IMG/VR virus record: IMGVR_UViG_3300025083_000021
Location: 1-61,873 of that record
From: a virus
Lineage: Duplodnaviria; Caudoviricetes
DNA: 61,873 nucleotides
Direction: 5' to 3' (one strand)
Shown piece after piece: positions 39,601 to 47,044 of this stretch. The translations under genes were made by a program, and so were the position numbers. How positions within the stretch are numbered: position 1 is the first letter of the stretch; each line of letters starts with the position of its first letter. The notes under the pieces are model-generated. The model was not told where the DNA came from. It was given only the letters and a program-made list of their open reading frames with translations, and searched no databases.

Positions 39601-39820
39601 AAGGTTTAATCTGTTCTATATATTGTTCTCTCTTATCTAAATTATCTTCTCTAGATAAAGGCGCATAAACAATTTTACTATATAAGTCGTTTGTTGCTTG
39701 CCAGTTTCTATTGTATTTATCTTGTCTAGATTGTAATACACTAGATAAAAATTTATAATCTGGAGTAAACGGTTTAATGTCTGGTAAATATGTTTCTACT
39801 CCTGGTACGTATGTTGACAT
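36632..39820 (-). CDS. Virion cargo/ejection protein
   Basis: 1062 aa, largely helical, immediately upstream of the vRNAP as in crAss-like gene order. Confidence 0.65.
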   Translation of the reverse strand: MSTYVPGVETYLPDIKPFTPDYKFLSSVLQSRQDKYNRNWQATNDLYSKIVYAPLSREDNLDKREQYIEQIKPSIEKISGLDLSIQQNVDSAKAVFAPFYEDDLLVKDMLYTTNYQNEMAYANRLLDSPDEEQRGKWWETGIKDLQYKMQDFQNASGDAALAMGMPRYVDDVNLYQMAEKYLSELDPPLKITAPMNLFVGEGKNRRFNTDADFIITQTNGELVTGPALEMIKNRFIDDPAVQRAYYTQAFVKGRDFADEGVRTGEFSSIQEGQQAWAQQTIDLIGKQNDFLMQKTTKALQREANGVTNWETYAKNNGIIPGSQDEKIMREQYNSYEATKAALASMQNIKDVSKTPVKDYNGTLQKAYQLILMNSIGSDLTKAARDFSMRDYNLDYKVNELKRDKVRHRRAKELIKYRSDLDLANKRKLAMEKGEILDPRQKMLVDLLGQRKAKAGGPSQILAAVDDEGKIIRDKQLENAQIYSEDSNKFLQQKIETIIDGKLMFNPKGDGGTGSYTITLDNGETVSGSLQKIRKALEAKDEFGNYINIDAIEKEIDNFTSFTDQQEGASMASKQHPSLIADSKYTNFYNKLHGMNSISNQEDALYKNFTSANDEVLKLYQNVKKETLAGKGKDNSRLLLESGFPDIIDKNGKVSEEEYIAKALQLAEKGKLTNVDLYGIDKGTSSSDYIIRETSGVMRTGSKILGGAAPLQVYVDNEGNKSTDIRDLGSGARPSTTLDKVTIENDARRAYKILNNKLKNSKNYAGLPSLLDARRGRSGQDDDLEPYPIYATDVNPASMSDDAKEDFIRLLMQKNSLESRGSKYGIVVGDQVESKEDYLKQSDLANKLFDVLADNVNFYLTTDKATKTSIKNVPQFQLEYSPVFGSTDDLTKSKASITIKPNAQWLNSFQKGGESFETGVFTSDQIEALQDGITIIFDQQEDVNPKARSQEYYSPLMSEVELSTNNFVDKKYPGIDSMPTGDYSITKPADDYYYVTYKFNMYQDGGQYTPTEEMSRIIDLRGQSDKGLQFDKIMNETIFTAFEVNKNMNDQKKARDVKMNGSK

Positions 39821-39879
39821 AATATAAAATTAATCAAATTTTTTAAGTTTAACAAAATAAATCATAACACTTTTAAAGT

Positions 39880-42432
39880 TTACAATTCTACTCCCATCTT
39901 ACCTGAGTAAAATGGAACTGCCATTTTTTTGGTTTCTAATCCATTCTTTGCACGTCTGTTTAATAATCCAGATGCCAATGCTTGAGCTAATTCTTGCTGT
40001 CCCATTGTTGAAAAGTTATTCGCTGCTGAGTTACCTTGACCTGTAAATTTTAAATAATCTTGAAACGTTGGCGCTTTAGTTTGTCCTGTTGATCTTTGAA
40101 ATTTAGAATAAGCGTCAAAAAATTGTTGTTGTCTTTTATTCTGATCAACTACTGGAGCAGGTTGAAATGCTTTAGGACTTGTAAAATCTATAATCCCACC
40201 TGTAAGAGGGTTAATATTAAATTGATCAAACAAAGGATTTATGTTTGCTGTATATGCTCTATTAGTAATAGCTGCATTCTGCAACTCTGCATTTTTAGCA
40301 ATCTTCCAATTCTTAAAGTTATCAGCAGCTTGTAGCGCTTTATTTGTATCATCATAAACACCTATAGTGTTTCTTTGATTTATTAAATCTACTTGCATAT
40401 CCATTGCAGCTTGTCTACCTGCAACTGAATTCATAGTTCTAACATTATTCTGATTTACTGTATTAATAGTTCTAGCAATATCTTTTAATGTATTCCCCTG
40501 TATGTTTGAATTAGCAATAGCTGCTGCTCCACCTGCTGTTCCTAATGCATTAGCTATTGTATTTTGAGCACCTAATGCTGCATTAACACCATTCCTAAAA
40601 TCATCTAATACATAATCTATTTTAACAGGAGCCATATCAGGTCTCCACGGTAAATATAAATTATCATCAGTTAAGTTAAGTGCTTGAAGATTATTTACAT
40701 CTTGAATCCACCAATCTGTTTGTGGATTAGGAGCTTTATTTACATTTGGTATTTTATAATCTACCTTTTCTTTAATAGGAGGATCTGAATCTAATATAAC
40801 TGTTTCACTATCTGGTTCAGTTACATCTAAGAATTGATTTAAAGTATTATTACCATAAAAGCCATCTGCTCTTGAAATAGTATTATTTTCAAACCAGTTT
40901 GTTTTTTGAGAAGGTCCTTCTGCTCTATAAGATAAAAATGGATTTTTACTTTCTTTATCTTCTATTGCAAGTGTTTGGAAAAATATTTGATTTAATTTAG
41001 TATCTTCCTCATTAATATTATATCCAGAATACTTATTAAAAAGATCTTGTGAATTTTTATTTTTAGCACCTTTATCAAGTTCTTTTGCTAATCTTTCATC
41101 TTTACTAGCAGCATCTGAAATAATATAATTATTTTTTTGATAGTCCAAAAACTTTCTAACCATATCTTCTTTAGATGGAACATTTTCAATACCTCTTGAT
41201 TTTGCTGATGCAACAAAACCTGTATATGCTCTATCAACAGTATTCATCCATTGCGGATCATTGGATGTAAATAACCTTTCTAATTTATTATATTTATCTA
41301 CACCTTTTAGATCTTTATTAGCCGCTTGTTTTTCAACTAATTTAATAATAGTTTGACCTTGTGCATTTTTAGTTTTAACAACATCATATCGTCCTGTATT
41401 AAGTTTGTTTTGAAACTCTTGACGTTTAGGATGTGTAACTGGTAATGGGTTAGCAGGTATATCTGCGGTCTCTTCTGTTGTCTCTTCTTCAGTACCTACA
41501 ACTTCAGCACCTTCTGTATCTTCAGGAAAAAGCATAGAACCATATTGAAAAGCATCTTCTTCAGATAATTGTTCTCCTCCTTCTTGAGCCATTGGTATTT
41601 CTGTACCGTATCTAGCCATGCCTTCTTCCATAACAACCGCTTCATCATCATTATCAACTTGACTCATCAGTTGCTGAAGCATCATTACCTGTGCTTGTCT
41701 TTCAGGTGGCAATGCAGCCATTGCATCCATTTGTGCTTGTTGCTGAGTTATCTTTTCTACATTAGCTGTAAACTCAATAGGGTTTTCACCTAAAGATACT
41801 ATATAAGGATGAGAAGCTAATGGAACACCATCCTGAAATTTTTTCTTTTCTTCTTGTTTAAAAGCAAGTTTAGATAAACCCATACTGTATTTATTCTTCA
41901 TAAGGTCTACACTTCTTTTTGTTATATCATCTGAATGCTCATCATTTATAGCATCATATAACTTATTTAGTGGATAGTTTTTTGAAATCTTAGCTGGAGT
42001 TTTTTTCTTCTTACTGCTTATTCCAAACTCTGCCATTTCTTTTTTGTCAAACTTCATTTTATCTGTATCAGAAAAAACAAATGATCCTTCAGGTAAAAAC
42101 ATTGGAACACCACCTTTAGAATGTCTTGGTCCCTTTATATCATATAAACCAAACTCACCATCATTATTAAGATCTGTTAATACAGTTTCTCCACCCTCTG
42201 CTTCTATATTGGCTTCATCTCTAGGTACACCAGATAAACTATATCTCACATCTGCTTGACCTTCTTCATTAAAAGCTACACCAGTATAATAATCTTGTGG
42301 TACAGTTATTAAACCGTAATCATCTTGATCACCTGTAACCATCCCGCCATTTTTCATAGTATTTTTTTGAACTACAGTATTACCTTTTAATTCAAAACCT
42401 TCTGGTAATTTATTTATTTTTATTTTAGCCAT
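39880..42432 (-). CDS. Putative internal virion protein with xxxGG motifs
   Basis: 850 aa with an NIEAEGGETV...GPRHSKGGVP domain, MKNGG, MARYG and MAQEGG motifs, and an Ala/Asn/Gln-rich helical C-terminus. Confidence 0.65.
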   Translation of the reverse strand: MAKIKINKLPEGFELKGNTVVQKNTMKNGGMVTGDQDDYGLITVPQDYYTGVAFNEEGQADVRYSLSGVPRDEANIEAEGGETVLTDLNNDGEFGLYDIKGPRHSKGGVPMFLPEGSFVFSDTDKMKFDKKEMAEFGISSKKKKTPAKISKNYPLNKLYDAINDEHSDDITKRSVDLMKNKYSMGLSKLAFKQEEKKKFQDGVPLASHPYIVSLGENPIEFTANVEKITQQQAQMDAMAALPPERQAQVMMLQQLMSQVDNDDEAVVMEEGMARYGTEIPMAQEGGEQLSEEDAFQYGSMLFPEDTEGAEVVGTEEETTEETADIPANPLPVTHPKRQEFQNKLNTGRYDVVKTKNAQGQTIIKLVEKQAANKDLKGVDKYNKLERLFTSNDPQWMNTVDRAYTGFVASAKSRGIENVPSKEDMVRKFLDYQKNNYIISDAASKDERLAKELDKGAKNKNSQDLFNKYSGYNINEEDTKLNQIFFQTLAIEDKESKNPFLSYRAEGPSQKTNWFENNTISRADGFYGNNTLNQFLDVTEPDSETVILDSDPPIKEKVDYKIPNVNKAPNPQTDWWIQDVNNLQALNLTDDNLYLPWRPDMAPVKIDYVLDDFRNGVNAALGAQNTIANALGTAGGAAAIANSNIQGNTLKDIARTINTVNQNNVRTMNSVAGRQAAMDMQVDLINQRNTIGVYDDTNKALQAADNFKNWKIAKNAELQNAAITNRAYTANINPLFDQFNINPLTGGIIDFTSPKAFQPAPVVDQNKRQQQFFDAYSKFQRSTGQTKAPTFQDYLKFTGQGNSAANNFSTMGQQELAQALASGLLNRRAKNGLETKKMAVPFYSGKMGVEL

Positions 42433-42434
42433 AA

Positions 42435-44396
42435 TTATAAAAAACTTATATCTGCACCTGCTGCAATTAATTTAGCAAGCATATCTGAATCTACTTCAAT
42501 TTCTCCACCTTCTTTATAAAACTCTTCTTGTTCTACTTCTCTTAACTTTTGCATAAACGCATTTATATCCATTCCTGTTTGTGCTTTAGGTAATTCATGA
42601 ACATATCCCATCTTATCCATTCTAACATGATCTTCATATTTATCAGCTTTATAACCTTTACCTGTTTCAGGATCATACATTATATGAGGTTTAAACTCAC
42701 CACCCTTTTTCATATTAGCTTTAATATTCTCTTGAACTTCTGGAGGTAAAGCTCTAAAACCTGGATTATCTATACCACCACCATATTTGGTTACACCTGA
42801 TGTATTTCCCATATAAAGTCCTGTAACATAATCTGCTTCAGGTGCATCATAGTATGGGCCTCTAAATCCTCTTTTATTAAATGGATCTGCTGCAGTTGCA
42901 TAACTTTGATCAGCTATCAAATTAAAATCTCTTTGTTTTTCTGCTTCTCTATATCTTATATCTCTATTAAGTTTATTAAACTGATTAAAAACATTAAATG
43001 CAAGATCACCCATTTCTCCGTAACCTTCAACAAATCTACTATCCATAATTCTATTAGCAAGACCTTGAAGTTTATTTGTTCTTTCTACTTCAGGAGGTAC
43101 AAAACCCGTTGGTCCAGAAACATTTGGATTTCCAAATCCAGTATTAATAAATGAATTTGTATTAAGATTTTGAAAAAACTGTGAACCCATACCAGAACCA
43201 GTACCCATTTGAGCTTTAGGTATATCACCACCATAAGCCATTTCTAAAAAGTTTTTAGTTGCATTTGGAATATTCACACCTAAATTAAATCCTGAAGTCA
43301 TTGACTCTTCTATTTTCTTTTGTTTTTCAAGTTCTTCTTCATAATCTGGAGCTTTGGCAATCGGTCTACCATATTCATCATATCCAAATGTAGTTCCTGT
43401 TTGAATACCTTCATCTGTAAAAGATTTCAATGCTTCACCTTTTGATGCATCAAATAATCTTTGTGGTGTTATTTGATATTCATTAGGATCATTAGGATCT
43501 AGTTTAATATTATAATCATAATAATTTGGTATTCTTTCTTTTTGATTAGCTCTTTTTGATTTTATATCTCTAAAGAATCCATCTTTTAAACCATCCTCAT
43601 CTTTATCTTTACCACCAAATAAACTTGAATAAGCATCAGCTGCTACATAAGCTGCTTCTGCTAAACTAAAATTGTCATTTGATCCTCTTAATAAAATTGG
43701 ATCAATATATCTTGGAGAAGATATCCAATTCATATTTCTACGTATTCTAGGATCATTTGTACCACCTCTCTGATACATTTCCATACCATCTTCAGCTTTA
43801 CCCATTGCTTCTTTAATAGCTCTATCTCTATTTTCTAAGTATGCCGCCTCACCTTTTTCACCACCGTATTCAGCTTTATTCCAGCCAGCTGCATTCTTTG
43901 CAAAGTTAGCCATTTTTACTATAGATGGTGGGTATTCATCTGTATTAGCCATAACTTTATTGTATGCTTGTTTAACAGTCATACCACGTTGTTTAGCCCA
44001 TTTAGTAAACTTACCTTTATTTTCTGGTTTTATTTCTATACCGGATTTTGCTAAAAGAGTTTCTTCTGCTAAATCTACGTCACCTTCTTCTTCTTGCATG
44101 CTTTGCATTCTTGCAAGTTGTTCTGGGTTTTGTGTAACCTCTTCTCCTGTAGGTTCTTCTTGTTCAATGTAATCTTCTGCTCTTTGTAATAATGGAACTA
44201 TTTCTTCCATTGGCATTTCCATTAAAGTTAATGCTTGTGTAATAGTTGCTGCATCAACTTTATCTTTTCTAAGTTTGATTACAACTTCAATAGGTTGCAT
44301 TCCCTCTTCCATTGAAGAGTTTATCATTGATGCTAATTGTTGAAGTTCTGGTTCTATTTGTTGACCGCCTTCTTGTTTCTTTGATAAATAGTTCAC
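42435..44396 (-). CDS. Putative internal virion polyprotein of motif-delimited mini-modules
   Basis: 653 aa with a GTG start and about 11 xxxG(G) motifs. Confidence 0.65.
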   Translation of the reverse strand: MNYLSKKQEGGQQIEPELQQLASMINSSMEEGMQPIEVVIKLRKDKVDAATITQALTLMEMPMEEIVPLLQRAEDYIEQEEPTGEEVTQNPEQLARMQSMQEEEGDVDLAEETLLAKSGIEIKPENKGKFTKWAKQRGMTVKQAYNKVMANTDEYPPSIVKMANFAKNAAGWNKAEYGGEKGEAAYLENRDRAIKEAMGKAEDGMEMYQRGGTNDPRIRRNMNWISSPRYIDPILLRGSNDNFSLAEAAYVAADAYSSLFGGKDKDEDGLKDGFFRDIKSKRANQKERIPNYYDYNIKLDPNDPNEYQITPQRLFDASKGEALKSFTDEGIQTGTTFGYDEYGRPIAKAPDYEEELEKQKKIEESMTSGFNLGVNIPNATKNFLEMAYGGDIPKAQMGTGSGMGSQFFQNLNTNSFINTGFGNPNVSGPTGFVPPEVERTNKLQGLANRIMDSRFVEGYGEMGDLAFNVFNQFNKLNRDIRYREAEKQRDFNLIADQSYATAADPFNKRGFRGPYYDAPEADYVTGLYMGNTSGVTKYGGGIDNPGFRALPPEVQENIKANMKKGGEFKPHIMYDPETGKGYKADKYEDHVRMDKMGYVHELPKAQTGMDINAFMQKLREVEQEEFYKEGGEIEVDSDMLAKLIAAGADISFL

Positions 44397-44455
44397 TTTG
44401 ATAATAGTTAGATTACACTATTAATATACAAATAAATAAAGTAAATTACTAATTT

Positions 44456-47044
44456 TTAACCGTTTGGATTCTTCAAAAGATAAGTCATTATATAGTTAGG
44501 AGCAGACATGCCAAACTGTTTTGCATTTTTATAATGTATTCTGTTAAGTTTATCGTAAACTTTTTGAGCTTCTATTTGATCAGCTTTATTATCAAAATCT
44601 GAATTTATATAACTTTTATATAATTCTAATTCTTCTACTTCCCCACCCTGTCTTTTAATATTAGGTATCTCCATTAAAGTTTTTTGAAAATCTTTAACCC
44701 TAACAGGAGTTTGTTTATACCAATTGCTATCAGCAGCTTCTTTAGCTGCTTCATTATACTTTCCTTCTTTAAGTAATTTCCAAGTATTTTTATGTTCTTT
44801 ATACCAATTTTTTCCTAACTGAAAATTTACAGATGCTAATGCATTAATTAATCTTTCATCAGTATTACCTATTTCTTCAGCTTGTTCTATTGCTGCATTA
44901 TAAAACTTTTTTGTATCTTGTTCAAACCATCTATTTACTTGTTCTTGAGGAATAGATGTTCCTTTAGGATATTTTCTTTTTTCAGCTTCTGTAAGTAAAT
45001 GACCAATACCTCCTGTTAATTTACCCTCACTATCAATATAAGATCTCTTACCTTTCTTCTCTGTAAATCCTTCTCTTTGTTTTATAAGCTCTGTAGCAGG
45101 TTTAAACATTTCATAACTAAATGTATCATAAAAAGGTTTGCCTGGTGCAAAAAGATTTTCCATAGCAAGCTTTCCTGCAAAAGTTTTATACTCTTTTGGT
45201 TCAGAAATAGGAACATTAAGAGTTTGATTTATTTGTAATGTTCTACCTCTTATACCTGGATTGGCTTTTATAAACTGATCTTTACTTACACCTAAACTGC
45301 TAGCCAATTTATTAGCAATACCATCAAATGTATCTCCTGATTTAACTGTATATTCACCACCCGTTTGAAGTTTAGCTATTAACCCTTTTGTTTGAGATTC
45401 TAAATCTTTTGGTATATTAGCATCTATCCATCCTTGAGGTAAATTTTTTCTTCTTGCTATATCAATAAATTCTTCTGCAGTATCAAATCCATAATTATTA
45501 CCATGTATGTTTACATATCTAGAAAATTCTTTAGGTTCTTCAATATCTGAATATTTATAAGCTTCTTTTGGTACTGGTCCTTGACTTTTAGGATATACTT
45601 TTACTGGGTCATATACTGGAAATACTGAAGCATCATTATCGGCATTACTTCTATAAAATTTCCATTTATCTGGTTTTATATTTCTATGTAATAATACTGG
45701 AGGAGCATCTTCACGATAAATAGTATTTACACCATGTGTGCCAAAAAGATCTCCTACTTGTATTAAATCTTTATTAATAACTTTATTTCTATCATCTAAT
45801 GATCCCATTTTAATAGGACCATCATTATCTGGAAAAGTATTATACAAATTTCTAGCGCGTCTGTTTGCATAATCTGGATTAAAATTTTTAAAAACTTCTT
45901 CTATATTTTCATTGTCAATAAATCCTGACTGGACAAGTCTATCGGAATAATACGGTTTATAGTCAAATTCACCATCCCCAACATTTTGCTCATAAAACTT
46001 TGCCTTTAAAATAGCATTATTATATAAAGCTAAACTGTCCTGAGTTGTAGCTCCACCAAATTGTGCTGTAGGTAAAGCTTGACCTTGTTCATCCATAGCA
46101 ATAATATTCATTAGATTTATAAGATCTTTTTCTGATTTTGTATTACGTAGTAAATCTTGAAAGTGTTTGTTTAATTCTATTCTTGTGTTTTCTTTTGCTT
46201 TCTGTAAGTGTTTTTCTGTAAAGTCTTCAGTTCTTGCATCATATATACCTTCCTCTTGTAATAAATATCTAAGAGGTTGTAACCTATTAATATATTCAGT
46301 GGGTTGTGTATAGTAATATTCTTCTTTAGGTATACCTAAATCATTGTCTTTTAATGTAGACATTAATAAATCTTTTGTGGGTTGTGGTATTCTCTTTCCA
46401 CCTTCATCAGCTGCATGACCCATTTCATGTAAAGGTATTGTATTATAACTCCATGGTCCTTGTCTACCTTTTGAATATTCAGGTCTTAACATAATCATAC
46501 CCGGATACTCATCAGCATCATATACACCTTGTACATCACCTGGTGTAGGAGATATATCACTTGATTCAGGAAGAAATCTTACAGGTGTATTTCTTAAGTT
46601 CATCAAACGTGCTCTTCTTTCATTTGCTACTTTATTAGCATCATACGCACCTGGCATAAAGCCGGTCATTTCTTTACCAAGTCTCTCTAAATACTTATCA
46701 GATCTTATGTAAGAATCAAACCAGTTTCTTTGCTTTTGTCCCTCTTCATTCATTTGACCTCCACGCTGAGCCATTGGTACTTCAAATACCATGTCACCAG
46801 GAAACTTATAATCTTTACCTGGTTTCATTAGTTTTGTATTACCTAAGTTATCTGTTCCTATAACAGGGAAGTCTACACCCTTCATTGTAATATTACCAGA
46901 AGGTATAACATTAAAAGGGTTATTTACATCAGGACTATCAGCTTTATAACCATCTACGGAAAACATTCCAGTTACATAAGTAAACTGTTCGTTTGGCCCA
47001 CCTGGTAACCCTCTACTTTCTTTATGCTCAAATTTTCCTTTCAT
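44456..47044 (-). CDS. Multidomain virion protein: zincin metallopeptidase, LysM and GH24/T4-type lysozyme
   Basis: Zincin PLHEMGH...PTEY; LysM YTVKSGDTFDGIA...ANP...INQTLNVP; lysozyme REG...YIDSEGKLTGGIGHLL...EAADSNWYKQTPVR. Confidence 0.8.
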   Translation of the reverse strand: MKGKFEHKESRGLPGGPNEQFTYVTGMFSVDGYKADSPDVNNPFNVIPSGNITMKGVDFPVIGTDNLGNTKLMKPGKDYKFPGDMVFEVPMAQRGGQMNEEGQKQRNWFDSYIRSDKYLERLGKEMTGFMPGAYDANKVANERRARLMNLRNTPVRFLPESSDISPTPGDVQGVYDADEYPGMIMLRPEYSKGRQGPWSYNTIPLHEMGHAADEGGKRIPQPTKDLLMSTLKDNDLGIPKEEYYYTQPTEYINRLQPLRYLLQEEGIYDARTEDFTEKHLQKAKENTRIELNKHFQDLLRNTKSEKDLINLMNIIAMDEQGQALPTAQFGGATTQDSLALYNNAILKAKFYEQNVGDGEFDYKPYYSDRLVQSGFIDNENIEEVFKNFNPDYANRRARNLYNTFPDNDGPIKMGSLDDRNKVINKDLIQVGDLFGTHGVNTIYREDAPPVLLHRNIKPDKWKFYRSNADNDASVFPVYDPVKVYPKSQGPVPKEAYKYSDIEEPKEFSRYVNIHGNNYGFDTAEEFIDIARRKNLPQGWIDANIPKDLESQTKGLIAKLQTGGEYTVKSGDTFDGIANKLASSLGVSKDQFIKANPGIRGRTLQINQTLNVPISEPKEYKTFAGKLAMENLFAPGKPFYDTFSYEMFKPATELIKQREGFTEKKGKRSYIDSEGKLTGGIGHLLTEAEKRKYPKGTSIPQEQVNRWFEQDTKKFYNAAIEQAEEIGNTDERLINALASVNFQLGKNWYKEHKNTWKLLKEGKYNEAAKEAADSNWYKQTPVRVKDFQKTLMEIPNIKRQGGEVEELELYKSYINSDFDNKADQIEAQKVYDKLNRIHYKNAKQFGMSAPNYIMTYLLKNPNG

